Notes: a model not told the origin generated them from the letters alone. A stretch of 63,966 nucleotides of DNA, filler included, from Thermodesulfobacteriota bacterium (GCA_036381125.1; 8 parts of 8 records of this genome joined end to end with filler, not necessarily neighbours in it), one strand, 5' to 3'. Positions 50,703 to 60,740 are shown, numbered from the whole stretch's first letter. Made by a program: numbers and translations.

Positions 50703-51536
50703 CTAGCGGAGGGTCGACGCGCGCGTCCCGAGGTCGAGGAAGCTCACGAGGGAGACGAGGTCGGCGTTGAAGGCGAAGCCCCGCGAGCCGTCCGTCACGG
50801 CGAAGCCCTCCTTGGCCGCCTCGCGCCGCAGCGGCTCGGGCAGCAGGCTCGACATCCGGAAGAGCCGGCGCGCGTGATCGTCGGGGAGCCCCGTCTCGCT
50901 GTCGGCGAACCGGATCGGCGTCGCGCGCTTCGACGAGAGGTGGATGTTGAAGAGAAGGGCACGGCCGTCAGCCGTCTCGTGTCGCGTCAGCTTTGCCGCA
51001 GCCGCCGTCGGGTCGCCGTCGCTCGACCCGCCGTCGGTGACGTGGATGACCGTCGGCGGGTAGCCCATCGCGTGTGTCGCCACCCACTCGGCGACGACGC
51101 CGTCGAGGAGCGCGAGCGCCGCGCACATGGGGGTCTCGCCCTTCGCCACCGGCTCGACCCACACCGGGAGCCGCACGGCGACCTGGGTCGCCTCGCTCGC
51201 GGTCCGCTTGGCCTTCTTGATGCCGCCGTCGAGCCGGAGCGGGTGCTCCGCCAGTCGACTGATCGGCACGAGCGACTCGCCGGCGAGCGCCCCGCCGAGG
51301 CAGGGCCCCACGGTGGCCCCGTAGCCGAAGACGCCGACGTGGAACCAGTCGAGGACGTCGTCCCCCTTCGAGCAGCGCATCACCAGGGTGTAGAGGAGCG
51401 AGTTGACCGCGCCGGCCACCTCCTCGGCCTTGCTGCGCCGGTCGCTGCCGCCCCACGAGTGGCTCATGGAGCGGGACTGGTCGAGGAGGAAGAGGAACGC
51501 GGTCGGGTTGCCGCGACTGATCTCGGCAGCGTACAC
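50703..51536 (-). CDS. TerY-like vWA domain protein (copy 2, convergent)
   Basis: DQSRS...GETPM...HVTDG, with long stretches identical to copy 1. Confidence 0.88.
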   Translation of the reverse strand: MYAAEISRGNPTAFLFLLDQSRSMSHSWGGSDRRSKAEEVAGAVNSLLYTLVMRCSKGDDVLDWFHVGVFGYGATVGPCLGGALAGESLVPISRLAEHPLRLDGGIKKAKRTASEATQVAVRLPVWVEPVAKGETPMCAALALLDGVVAEWVATHAMGYPPTVIHVTDGGSSDGDPTAAAAKLTRHETADGRALLFNIHLSSKRATPIRFADSETGLPDDHARRLFRMSSLLPEPLRREAAKEGFAVTDGSRGFAFNADLVSLVSFLDLGTRASTLR

Positions 51537-51579
51537 GTTCGGCCTCCGCGCGAGGGCGCCTCGAGTGGCGCGCGCCCCC

Positions 51580-51606
51580 TATGCCAGAAGCCGAGGAGCG
51601 GGTCAA
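51580..51606 (-). promoter_or_regulatory. Putative promoter of vWA gene 2
   Basis: Minus strand TTGACC-N10-CTTCTGGCATA. Confidence 0.6.
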
Positions 51607-51628
51607 GAACCGCGCGGCGAGACGCCGG

Positions 51629-52327
51629 TCATTCGGGCCGAGGCTCCGGGTCGCGCCGCTGCGCGGCGAGCCGGACCTCCTGGTCGAGGCCCCGCCGGAA
51701 GGCGAGGGTGAAGGACGGCTCGGTGCCGAAGGCGCCCACCACGCCGCGCACGGCCGGCCGGTTCGCGACCCACACGGAGGGCCGCCAGCCGCTCCAGGGA
51801 TCGCCGTCCGCCCGCCCGCGGTACGTCCAGATGGACGCGCCGAGCCACTCGGGGCTCACGTGCTCGGCGAGGTCGGCGATCGAGGCGGCCTGCGCCGCCA
51901 CGTGCCCCTCCGTGGAGACGTAGCCCCAGCCGTCCGCGGCCAGGTACGCGGCCACCATGTGCCCCGTGTTGCCCGCGCGGTCGGCCTCCTCTCGCCAGAC
52001 GCTCACGAGCCAGGTGGGGTACCCCTGCTTCGCCAGCACGGCGGCCGCGAACCAGGCCCAGTCGTCGCAGTCGCCGGCGCCCTTCGAGAGGAACTCGTCG
52101 GGGGGGACGAAGCGTTCGGGCACGCCGTAGAGGTCGCGGTCGTCGCGGAAGCTGAAGCGCCTCAGCATGTACGTCGCGACGGCGTCGGGGGAGTCGAGGT
52201 CGAGCGAGAGGTCGAGGAGCCACGGCGACCCCGCCGTCCGGTGGACCGCCCCGGGCACGAGCAGGAGAGCGGCCAGACCGGCCATGGCGATTCGCCGCAG
52301 GCCACGGGATCGAACGAATCGGGCCAT
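51629..52327 (-). CDS. Secreted transglutaminase-like cysteine protease domain protein
   Basis: Signal-like N-terminus, DRDLYGVPERFVPPDEFLSKGAGDCDDWA and GHMV. This resembles the BTLCP-type GDCED motif. Confidence 0.6.
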   Translation of the reverse strand: MARFVRSRGLRRIAMAGLAALLLVPGAVHRTAGSPWLLDLSLDLDSPDAVATYMLRRFSFRDDRDLYGVPERFVPPDEFLSKGAGDCDDWAWFAAAVLAKQGYPTWLVSVWREEADRAGNTGHMVAAYLAADGWGYVSTEGHVAAQAASIADLAEHVSPEWLGASIWTYRGRADGDPWSGWRPSVWVANRPAVRGVVGAFGTEPSFTLAFRRGLDQEVRLAAQRRDPEPRPE

Positions 52328-52420
52328 GACCCCATGGTAGCAATACAACCGGGCGAGTTGACCGCGGAAATCGCCTCCGGTATAGTGCCGCACCCGCGTT
52401 CCCGGAGGCCCGTCGGTCGA

Positions 52421-53707
52421 ATGCGTCGTCACCCCGGCCACTCCTCGTTTCCCCTGCCGCGACTCGTCGTGGCGGCGGCCCTGGTGTTGCTCGCGCTCCT
52501 GGCGGGCGCCCGCTCGGCCGGCGCGGCCGCGCCGGCGTCGGGCGCCGAGCTTCGCGTCGGCGGCAACGTCTACCGTCTCACGCGCGCGGTCGCCCGCGAC
52601 GGCCGGCGCTTCTTCTCGGCCGCCGAGGCGCTGCGCGTGCTCAAGCTGCGCCACGCCTGGGAGCCGGCCACCTCGCGACTCGCCTTCGGCAGCGGCAAGC
52701 GGGCCGGCATCGTCTGGGCCGGCATCCCGAGCGTCACGGTCAGCCGGCAGCGCGTGCCGCTCTCGGCGGCGCCGTTCGTCCACAAGGACGAGCTGATGGT
52801 CCCGGTCGACTTCGCCGAGCGCGCCCTCTCCGCCGTGCTCGGCCGGCGGGTGACGGTCGCCTTCGCGGGGCCGGTGCCGCTCGCGCCGCCCGAGCGGGCC
52901 TTCTCCCTCGTGGTGCTCGATCCCGGTCACGGCGGCCGCGACACCGGCGCCATTGGGCCGCGCGGCACGCAGGAGAAGGACCTCACGCTCGCCATCGCGA
53001 AGCGGACGCGCGACATCATCGTCCGCGAGTCGGACCTCGAGGTCCTGCTCACGCGGGAGACGGACGTCTTCGTGCCGCTCCAGGGGCGCGTCGCCATGGC
53101 GAACGCCCGCGGGGCCGACCTCTTCGTGTCGATCCACCTCAACGCCGCGCCCTCGCGAGACGCCATCGGCACGGAGACCTACTTCCTGTCGGCGGTTGCC
53201 TCCGACGACGCGGCCCGCGCCTCGGCCGAGTTCGAGAACCGGAGTCTCGAGCTGGAGGAGACGCGTCCCGGCGCGCCGCCGGCCGACCTGGCCTTCATCC
53301 TGGGCGACCTCGCCCGCACGGCCTCGATCAGGCAGAGCGAGGCCTTTGCCGCGAGCCTCCAGGACCGTTTCGTCAGCGAGGCGCCCAGCGTGCGGGGCAT
53401 CAACCGGGGCGTCAAGCAGGCGCCGTTCTACGTGCTCGTCGGCGCGCAGATGCCGGCCGTCCTGACCGAGGTCGGCTTCATCTCGAACCCGCAGCAGGAG
53501 GCGGCCCTGCGATCGCGCCGGGTGCAGGACGAGATCGCCCGCGCCATCGCGCGGAGCGTGCTCGCCTACCGCGACCAGGTGAACAGCGCCATGGGGCTGC
53601 CCGTGGGCGACGACATCGTCGGCCCGCGCCCCACGCCGGCCGCGCCGGTGCGCGGCGCGGCCGGCACGGCGACGACGCGTCCCGGCGCGCGGCGCACGGC
53701 CAACTGA
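52421..53707 (+). CDS. N-acetylmuramoyl-L-alanine amidase (Amidase_3)
   Basis: [23 protein letters not shown] and [12 protein letters not shown], with a signal peptide. Confidence 0.9.
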   Translation: MRRHPGHSSFPLPRLVVAAALVLLALLAGARSAGAAAPASGAELRVGGNVYRLTRAVARDGRRFFSAAEALRVLKLRHAWEPATSRLAFGSGKRAGIVWAGIPSVTVSRQRVPLSAAPFVHKDELMVPVDFAERALSAVLGRRVTVAFAGPVPLAPPERAFSLVVLDPGHGGRDTGAIGPRGTQEKDLTLAIAKRTRDIIVRESDLEVLLTRETDVFVPLQGRVAMANARGADLFVSIHLNAAPSRDAIGTETYFLSAVASDDAARASAEFENRSLELEETRPGAPPADLAFILGDLARTASIRQSEAFAASLQDRFVSEAPSVRGINRGVKQAPFYVLVGAQMPAVLTEVGFISNPQQEAALRSRRVQDEIARAIARSVLAYRDQVNSAMGLPVGDDIVGPRPTPAAPVRGAAGTATTRPGARRTAN

Positions 53708-53708
53708 C

Positions 53709-54440
53709 ATGGCGGCCCCCGCGCGCCCCGACGGGCGCCTCCCCGATCAGCTCCGCGAGGTCCGATTCACGCGCAACGTCATGAAGCACGCGGAGGGCTC
53801 GGTCCTCATCGAGGTCGGGCTCACGCGCGTCGTCTGCACCGCCTCGATCGAGGACCGGGTGCCGCCGTTCCTGCGCAACCAGGGGAAGGGCTGGGTGACG
53901 GCCGAGTACGCCATGCTGCCCCGCGCCACGCGCACGCGCACCCCGCGCGAGTCGAGTCAGGGGAAGGTCGGCGGCCGGACGCACGAGATCCAGCGGCTCA
54001 TCGGACGTGCGCTCCGATCGGTCGTGACGCTCGACGCGCTCGGCGAGCGAACGATCTGGCTCGACTGCGACGTCCTCCAGGCCGACGGGGGCACGCGCAC
54101 CGCGTCGATCACCGGCGCGTACGTCGCGCTCCACGACGCGCTCTCGACGCTGGTGAACCAGGGTGCCCTGCCGACCCTCCCGCTCGCCGACACCGTCGCC
54201 GCCGTCAGCGTCGGCCTCGTCGGCGGACGCGCGGTCCTCGACCTCAACTACGACGAGGACAGCGCCGCCGAGGTCGACATGAACGTCGTCATGACCGGCC
54301 GGGGCGACCTCGTCGAGGTGCAGGGCACCGCCGAGGGGGCGCCCTTCAGCCGGGCGCAGCTCGACGAGCTGCTCGCCCTCGCCGCCCGCGGCATCGAGGA
54401 GCTGACCCGCCGGCAGCGGCTGCTCCTCGGCGTGCGATGA
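53709..54440 (+). CDS. rph: Ribonuclease PH
   Basis: [26 protein letters not shown] and [18 protein letters not shown]. Confidence 0.97.
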   Translation: MAAPARPDGRLPDQLREVRFTRNVMKHAEGSVLIEVGLTRVVCTASIEDRVPPFLRNQGKGWVTAEYAMLPRATRTRTPRESSQGKVGGRTHEIQRLIGRALRSVVTLDALGERTIWLDCDVLQADGGTRTASITGAYVALHDALSTLVNQGALPTLPLADTVAAVSVGLVGGRAVLDLNYDEDSAAEVDMNVVMTGRGDLVEVQGTAEGAPFSRAQLDELLALAARGIEELTRRQRLLLGVR

Positions 54441-55054
54441 CGCGGCTCGTCGTCGCCACCCGCAACCGGAGCAAGGCGGCCGAGCTGGTCGCGCTCCTCG
54501 CCGAGGCCGGAGCGCCCCGCGATCTCCTCGTCGATACCCTGCAAGACCACCCCGACCTGCCGGATGTCGTCGAGGACGGGGACAGTTACGAGGCGAACGC
54601 CGCGAAGAAGGCGCGCGCCGCCGCGCGCGCCCTTGGCCTGCCGGCGCTCGCGGACGACTCCGGGCTCGAGGTGGACGCCCTCGGCGGCCGGCCGGGGCTC
54701 CACTCCGCGCGCTACCTCGGACCGGGCGCCGCGCCGGCCGACCAGGTGGCGGGGCTCCTCCGCGAGCTGGCCGCCAGACCGGGAGCGCCTCGCACCGCGC
54801 GCTTCGTCGCGGCGCTCGTGCTCGCCCTGCCCGACGGCCGCGAGGCGACGGCTCGCGGCGTGGTCGAGGGGACCATCGTCGAGGCGCCGCGCGGCGCCGG
54901 CGGCTTCGGCTACGACCCGATCTTCGTCCCGCGCGGCGAGCGGCGCACCTACGCCGAGATGGCCTCCGACGAGAAGGCCCGCACGTCGCACCGCGCCGAG
55001 GCCGCGCGCCGGCTCGCCCCGGAGATGTCTCGCCTCCTCGGCATCAGGTCTTGA
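54437..55054 (+). CDS. rdgB: Non-canonical purine NTP pyrophosphatase
   Basis: [31 protein letters not shown] and SHR. It follows rph. Confidence 0.93.
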   Translation: MTRLVVATRNRSKAAELVALLAEAGAPRDLLVDTLQDHPDLPDVVEDGDSYEANAAKKARAAARALGLPALADDSGLEVDALGGRPGLHSARYLGPGAAPADQVAGLLRELAARPGAPRTARFVAALVLALPDGREATARGVVEGTIVEAPRGAGGFGYDPIFVPRGERRTYAEMASDEKARTSHRAEAARRLAPEMSRLLGIRS

Positions 55055-55083
55055 CCCGCGGGGTCTGACTGCCGAACCCAGAG

Positions 55084-55117
55084 GGGGTCAGGCGGGAAAA
55101 TGGAAAGACCTGATCCC
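55084..55117. repeat. REP-like repeat cluster D
   Basis: GGGGTCAGG (55084), followed by the inverted unit GGGAAAATGGAAAGACCTGATCCC (55094-55117). Confidence 0.75.
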
Positions 55118-55174
55118 ATGTGGTGGCGGTGCCCGGCGTTCGGGGCTACACTCTCGCTCTCGCCAACCGGGTGT

Positions 55175-55251
55175 CGGGGAGTGGCGCAGCCCGGTAGCGC
55201 ACCTGCCTTGGGCGCAGGCGGTCGCGGGTTCGAATCCCGCCTCCCCGACCA
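55175..55251 (+). tRNA. tRNA-Pro(TGG)
   Basis: 77-nt cloverleaf with acceptor CGGGGAG/CTCCCCG and anticodon stem CCTGC/GCAGG (TGG at 55209-55211). It has a GGTTCGAATCC T-arm and an encoded CCA. Confidence 0.97.
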
Positions 55252-55510
55252 GATCTGTCGGCAAGCCCCTCCCTCCTGTGCGACTTTTCACCTGGACCCC
55301 GTCGCGCGCCCCGTGTGATAGTCGGCGTCAGATCCTGGAGCACCCGGCTGTCGACAACGGCGGGTGTGCGCGGACGCACCGGTAGGGAGGGCCGGCGCAC
55401 GGCGCGACCCTCGCCTTTGCCCGTCCCGGCCGAGTCCGGCCGGAGAACCACCGGAGAACGATGGGCCCGGTCGCGCTCCTCCGGCCCGCCTCCCGGGCGG
55501 CGTCGCACCG

Positions 55511-55610
55511 NNNNNNNNNNNNNNNNNNNNNNNNNNNNNNNNNNNNNNNNNNNNTTAATTAATTAANNNNNNNNNNNNNNNNNNNNNNNNNNNNNNNNNN
55601 NNNNNNNNNN
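55511..55610. other. Artificial contig linker
   Basis: N44-TTAATTAATTAA-N44. Confidence 0.98.
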
Positions 55611-55611
55611 G

Positions 55612-56046
55612 GCCACGCTCGACGTCGTCGTCGTCGCGGTCGAGTACGGTCACGGCAAGCGGGCCGGCGTCCTCTCGGACTACACGTTCGCCGTGCGAGA
55701 CGGCGATCGGCTCGTCCCCATCGGCAAGGCGTACAGCGGGCTGACCGACGCGGAGATCGCGTCGCTGACGGCGCACTTCCTGGCGACCACGGTCGAGGAC
55801 CGCGGGGCGCTGCGCGTGGTCGAGCCGACGGTCGTGCTCGAGGTGGCGTTCGACACGATCCAGCGCAGCGACCGCCACGGCAGCGGCTACGCGCTGCGCT
55901 TCCCGCGCATCGTGCGGCTGCGCGACGACAAGCCGGTCGCCGAGATCGACACGCTCGAGCGGGTGGCGTCGCTCTACGAGCGCCAGGGATGGGAGGTGCG
56001 CGCGATCACACGCGATGCACTTGACGAGCCGCCCGCGGGCGCGTAG
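55612..56046 (+). CDS. ATP-dependent DNA ligase, C-terminal OB domain (5' truncated)
   Basis: TLDVVVVAVEYGHGKRAG, IGKAYSGLTD and ALRFPRIVRLRDDK. Confidence 0.9.
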   Translation, partial: ATLDVVVVAVEYGHGKRAGVLSDYTFAVRDGDRLVPIGKAYSGLTDAEIASLTAHFLATTVEDRGALRVVEPTVVLEVAFDTIQRSDRHGSGYALRFPRIVRLRDDKPVAEIDTLERVASLYERQGWEVRAITRDALDEPPAGA

Positions 56047-56070
56047 AAGTCGCCGCGAGGAGGTCCACCG

Positions 56071-56265
56071 ATGCGGAACCTGTGGAGAGGCGGCCGCAAG
56101 GAGCGGCCCTGCCCCTGGTGCGCGAGGCCGGTGCAGGTCGGCGCGGAACGCTGCGACGGCTGCCGGCGCCGCCTCCGGCCGATGGGCAACGTGTTGACCC
56201 TGCCGACGGCGACCGACATCACGGTTTCGGACCGGGCCACCCAGGGACTGGCGCGGCGCGACTAG
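56071..56265 (+). CDS. Small zinc-ribbon-like protein
   Basis: AGGAGG RBS, CPWC...CDGC, 64 aa. Confidence 0.5.
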   Translation: MRNLWRGGRKERPCPWCARPVQVGAERCDGCRRRLRPMGNVLTLPTATDITVSDRATQGLARRD

Positions 56266-56295
56266 CCGGGCCGGCGCGGGGCCGTCGGCCCACCG

Positions 56296-57108
56296 TCACG
56301 AGACGCCGGCTCCACCCTCCTCCTCCTCGGGCGAGCAGGCGTAGATGGCGTGCTCGAGCAGCAGGCGCTCCGGGTCGGACGCGGGCGTCGCGCGCAGGAG
56401 CGCCGGCAGGAGGCGCGGGTCGCCGAGTCGGGCCGCGGCCTCGAGCGGACCTCGCCCGATCGGCCGGGCCGCATCGAGCGCGGCGGCCAGCGCCGCCACG
56501 ACGCGCTCGTCCGCGCGGCGCGCGACGAGCCCCACGATCGCCTCCTCGCGCGTCTGCTCGTCGGGGTCGTCGAGGCGGCCGACGAGCGCCTCCACGACGG
56601 CCGGCGTCGTCACCGCCGTGAGGGTGCCCAGGGCGAACGTGGCCCAGTCGCGCACGGCCGGGCTCGCGTCGCGCGTGAGATCGACCAGCGCGTCGACGGC
56701 CAGCGGGTCGTCGAAGCCGCCGAGCCCGCACGCCACGGCGTGGCGCACCTCGGCGTCCGGGTCGGCCCGCCGGCCGGCGAGCGGCCCGATCGCCCGCGCG
56801 TCCCTCAGACGCGAGAGGGCCGCGACGGCTGCGGCGCGCACGAGGGGGGCCTCGTCGTCGAGCGCCTCGATGAGGGCCGGGATCACGCGCTCTCGCGCGG
56901 CGCCGGAGGCGGCGCCGAGCCGACCGAGCGCGTCGCAGGCGAGGGCTCGGGCGGCCTCGCGCGCGTCGGCGGCGAGCGCCAGGGCGCGGTCGAGTCGGGC
57001 CGCGTCGCCCGCCCCGCAGAGCGCGTCGACCGCCCGCCCCCAGGCGTCGCCGTCGCGGCCGCCGCCGTCGAGCGCAGCCCGGACGAGGTCCTCGAGGTCG
57101 CGGCTCAT
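56296..57108 (-). CDS. HEAT-repeat (PBS lyase-like) protein
   Basis: Repeated DxxxxVRxxAxxALG units, e.g. DEAPLVRAAAVAAL, DPDAEVRHAVACGLG and DASPAVRDWATFALG. Confidence 0.8.
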   Translation of the reverse strand: MSRDLEDLVRAALDGGGRDGDAWGRAVDALCGAGDAARLDRALALAADAREAARALACDALGRLGAASGAARERVIPALIEALDDEAPLVRAAAVAALSRLRDARAIGPLAGRRADPDAEVRHAVACGLGGFDDPLAVDALVDLTRDASPAVRDWATFALGTLTAVTTPAVVEALVGRLDDPDEQTREEAIVGLVARRADERVVAALAAALDAARPIGRGPLEAAARLGDPRLLPALLRATPASDPERLLLEHAIYACSPEEEEGGAGVS

Positions 57109-57170
57109 CCCCTCTCCCGTCAACGTCTCCGATCCCCGCCGGACGGGGTCGGGCCTCGGCGCGTTCCCGA

Positions 57171-58370
57171 TCAGATGGCGCCCGCCGCCCGGAGGCGGGC
57201 GACGTCGGCCGCCGACCACCCCAGCTCGGCGAGGACCTCGTCGGTGTGCTCGCCGAGCAGGGGCGGCGGCCGGCGGATGCGGCCCGGTGTGTCGGCGAGC
57301 TTGATGGGGATGCCCATGACCTTGAGGCCGGGCACCCTGGGATGCGGCAGCGGCACGACCATGTCCCGGGCGAGGACGTGCGGGTCGGCGACGACCTGCG
57401 CGACGTCCTTGATGGCCCCCACCGGGACCCCCACCCGGTCGAGCCGCTCGATCCACTCCCGCGTCGTCCCCTTCGCGAGGATCGGCTCGAGCACGGCGTT
57501 GAGGGCGGGACGGTTCTCGACGCGCCCGGCGCTCGCGGCGAACCGGGGGTCCTTCGCGAGCGCCGGCTCGCCGATCGCCTCGCAGAAGCGCGCGAAGAGC
57601 GCGTCGTTGCCGGCCGCCACGTTCACGTAGCCGTCACGGGTCCGGTAGGTCTCGTAGGGCGCGATGGTGGGGTGCTGGTTCCCCTTGCGCCCCGGGGTGC
57701 GGCCGGTCATGAAGTAGCTGCCGGCCTGGAACGAGAGGAGCGCCGCCACGGCGTCCTGCATCGAGCAGTCGATGCGCTGGCCGCGGCCGGTCGTCTGGCG
57801 CGCGACCAGCGCGAGGAGGATCCCCTGCACGGCCATGAGGCTCGCGACGAGGTCGGCCATCGGCACGCCGACCTTCGTCGGCGGGCCGTCGGGGAACCCG
57901 GTGAGGCTCTGGAGCCCCGACTCCCCCTGGATCACGACGTCGAAGCCGGGGCGGCGGCTGTCGGGGCCGGTCTGGCCGAAGCCGGAGACCGAGCAGTAGA
58001 CGATGCGCGGGTTCAGGGCGAAGACCGCCTCGTCGGTGAGGCCGAGCCGCGCGAGCGTCCCGGGCCGGAAGTTCTCCACCAGGACATCGGCGCGCTCGAC
58101 GAGACGCCGGAGGATCGCGAGCCCCTCCGGGTGCTTGAGGTTCAGCGTGAGGCTCCGCTTGTTGCGGTTGACCGCCAGGTAGTAGGCGCTCTCGCCGTTC
58201 TCGAACGGCGGGCCCCAGTGGCGCGTGTCGTCTCCCGAGCCGGGGGCCTCGATCTTGACGACGTCCGCGCCCATGTCGCCGAGCTGCATCGTGCAGAAGG
58301 GCCCGGCCAGGATCCTGGAGAGGTCGACCACCCGGAGACCGGTGAGGGGGCCGTTGGCCAGTGTCGTCAA
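57171..58370 (-). CDS. CoA-transferase family III (CaiB/BaiF)
   Basis: LRVVDLSRILAGPF, GADVVKIE, NRNKRSLTLNLK, ENFRPG and PPLLGEHT. Confidence 0.93.
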   Translation of the reverse strand: MTTLANGPLTGLRVVDLSRILAGPFCTMQLGDMGADVVKIEAPGSGDDTRHWGPPFENGESAYYLAVNRNKRSLTLNLKHPEGLAILRRLVERADVLVENFRPGTLARLGLTDEAVFALNPRIVYCSVSGFGQTGPDSRRPGFDVVIQGESGLQSLTGFPDGPPTKVGVPMADLVASLMAVQGILLALVARQTTGRGQRIDCSMQDAVAALLSFQAGSYFMTGRTPGRKGNQHPTIAPYETYRTRDGYVNVAAGNDALFARFCEAIGEPALAKDPRFAASAGRVENRPALNAVLEPILAKGTTREWIERLDRVGVPVGAIKDVAQVVADPHVLARDMVVPLPHPRVPGLKVMGIPIKLADTPGRIRRPPPLLGEHTDEVLAELGWSAADVARLRAAGAI

Positions 58371-58403
58371 CGTCGAGCAACCTCCGGCGAGACGCCTCGG
58401 GCC

Positions 58404-59918
58404 TCACGCCGTCGCGGGGTGCTGCCGCCGGCGGGCCGCCCGCCAGAGGGTGCGGACCACCGGGACCGCGATGGCTGCGAGCCCGAGCGTCATGAGCGCA
58501 GCCGAAATGGGCCGCGCGAAGAAGATCATCACGCCCCGGTCGGACAGGATGAGCGACTGGCGCAGGGCCCGCTCCGCGAGGGGGCCGAGCACCAGCGCCA
58601 GGACCAGGGCCGCCGGGGAATAGTACAGCTTCTTCATCAGATAGCCCAGGGCGCCGAACACGAGCATGACGCCGATGTCCCACACGCGGTTGTTGAGGGC
58701 GTAGGCGCCGGTGATGCAGAAGACGATGACGAACGCCATGAGGATCGGGTACGGGACCTTGAGGGCGCGGACGAAGATCGGGATGAACGCGACGTTCAGG
58801 ACCAGCAGGACCGCGTTGCCGATCCACATGGAGGCGATCAGGCCCCAGACGAAGTCGGGGTTCTTCACGAAGAGGAGCGGCCCCGGCTGCAGGCCCCACA
58901 TGATGAGCCCGCCGAGCAGGACGGCCGTGGTGCCGGAGCCGGGGATCCCGAGCGTCAGCATCGGCACGAGCGCGCCGGCCGACGCGGCGTTGTTGGCCGA
59001 CTCGGGCCCCGCCACCCCTTCGATGGCCCCCTTGCCGAACTCCTCCGGGTGCCGCGAGCACCTGTACTCGAGCGTGTAGGCGAGGAACGACGCGATGGTC
59101 GCCCCGGCCCCCGGCAGGATGCCGATGAAGAAGCCGAGGAGCGAGCCCCGGACGATCGCCATGCGGCTGCGCACCCAGTCGGCCGCCCGCGGCCAGACGT
59201 CCCGGAACCCGTAGCGTCCCTCGAGGATGCGCGCATCGGTCGCCTGCTCGGCGCCGACGAGCACCTCGCCGAGGCCGAAGAGGCCGATCGCGACCGGCAG
59301 GAACTCGACCCCGTCGAGCAGCTCCGGGTAGCCGAACGTGTAGCGCGCGTCGCCCGAGATGATGTCGAGCCCCATCATCGCCAGCATGAGCCCGAGCACC
59401 ATGCTGATGTAGCCCTTGAGGGCGTGCTCCCCGGTCAGCCCCGTGACGGTGGTGAGGCCGAGGAACATGAGGGCGAAGGTCTCGGGCGGCCCGAAGCTGA
59501 GCGCCCAGTTGGCGAGGGCCGGCGCCATGAACATGAGCATGAGGACGCCGAAGGAGCCGGCGATGAAGGAGCCGACGGCCGCGATGCCGAGCGCCGGGCC
59601 GGCGCGCCCCCTGAGCGCCATCTGGTAGCCGTCGAGGCAGGTGACGACCGACGTCGACTCCCCCGGCGTGTTGATGAGGACCGAGGTGATCGTCCCGCCG
59701 TACATCGACCCGTAGTAGATCCCGGCGAGCATGATCACGGCGGACGTGGGCGACATCCCGAAGGTGAGCGGCAGGAGGAGCGCCACGCCCGAGACCGGTC
59801 CGATGCCGGGGAGCGCGCCGATGAGCGTCCCGACGAACACGCCGGCGACCGCCATGAAGACGTTGAACGGCGTGAGGGCGACGCCGAACCCGAGGAGCAG
59901 GTTGTCCAGCAGCTCCAT
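58404..59918 (-). CDS. tctA: Tripartite tricarboxylate transporter permease
   Basis: GALPGIGP, YYGSMYGG, NTPGE, PESANNA and LTLGIPGS. Confidence 0.93.
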   Translation of the reverse strand: MELLDNLLLGFGVALTPFNVFMAVAGVFVGTLIGALPGIGPVSGVALLLPLTFGMSPTSAVIMLAGIYYGSMYGGTITSVLINTPGESTSVVTCLDGYQMALRGRAGPALGIAAVGSFIAGSFGVLMLMFMAPALANWALSFGPPETFALMFLGLTTVTGLTGEHALKGYISMVLGLMLAMMGLDIISGDARYTFGYPELLDGVEFLPVAIGLFGLGEVLVGAEQATDARILEGRYGFRDVWPRAADWVRSRMAIVRGSLLGFFIGILPGAGATIASFLAYTLEYRCSRHPEEFGKGAIEGVAGPESANNAASAGALVPMLTLGIPGSGTTAVLLGGLIMWGLQPGPLLFVKNPDFVWGLIASMWIGNAVLLVLNVAFIPIFVRALKVPYPILMAFVIVFCITGAYALNNRVWDIGVMLVFGALGYLMKKLYYSPAALVLALVLGPLAERALRQSLILSDRGVMIFFARPISAALMTLGLAAIAVPVVRTLWRAARRRQHPATA

Positions 59919-59928
59919 GGTGCCCTCG

Positions 59929-60163
59929 CTAGAAGCCGAACGGCCCGGCCGGGAACGGCACGCGGAGCCAGTGGACGAACAGGAGGTACGTGCCGGCGGC
60001 TCCGCCGACCGCCACGCCGAGGCTGCGCCGGAAGGAGTAGCGCTCGACGAGCCGCAGCATGACGAACAGGAAGAGGCCGGTGCCGACGATCATGCCGACG
60101 TGCTCCATGAGCAGGACGAACAGGACCGTCGTCACGCCGACCGCCGCGATCCGGACGAGGCTC
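59929..60163 (-). CDS. tctB: Tripartite tricarboxylate transporter small subunit, 3' end
   Basis: Hydrophobic, ending YLLFVHWLRVPFPAG, directly upstream of tctA. Confidence 0.75.
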
Positions 60164-60263
60164 NNNNNNNNNNNNNNNNNNNNNNNNNNNNNNNNNNNNN
60201 NNNNNNNTTAATTAATTAANNNNNNNNNNNNNNNNNNNNNNNNNNNNNNNNNNNNNNNNNNNN
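60164..60263. other. Artificial contig linker
   Basis: N44-TTAATTAATTAA-N44. Confidence 0.98.
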
Positions 60264-60708
60264 AGTCGGCCGTGGTGCGCCAGTCGAAGCCCGCGCGCCC
60301 CATGCCGGTGTCGATCTCGACGTGGAAATCCAGCGGCTCGCCGCGCCGCTCGGCCGCCCGCGCCCAGAGGTCCAGCGTGTGCAGATCGGAGACGCTCAGC
60401 GTGAGCCGCGCCGCCGCCGCCTCCTCGATGCACTGCGGCGGCGCCGGCGCCGTCAGCAGGATCGGACGGCGGACACCGTACGCGCGCAGCGCCGTCCCCT
60501 CCGCCACCGCGGCCACGCCGTACCCCCACGGATCGAGCGGCTCGAGCGCGCGCACGACGCGCTCCGCGCCCAGCCCGTAGGCATCGGCCTTGACGACCGC
60601 GATCACGGCCCGGTCCGGCCCGGCCAGCCGGCGCACCGCGGTGAAGTTGTGCCGGACCGCGTCGAGGTCGACGTCGATCCAAGCTCGCGATTCCAAAGGA
60701 TTTGACAT
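60264..60708 (-). CDS. alr: Alanine racemase, 5' part
   Basis: RAWIDVDLDAVRHN, AVVKADAYGLG and HVEIDTGMGRAG. Confidence 0.9.
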
Positions 60709-60740
60709 AGGTCACAAAAGACGTTTAGTATAGGCCCCCC

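Noticed and set aside
55252-55510. Integrative element at tRNA-Pro
   Set aside because: No integrase and no duplicated tRNA 3' end is visible before the contig ends.
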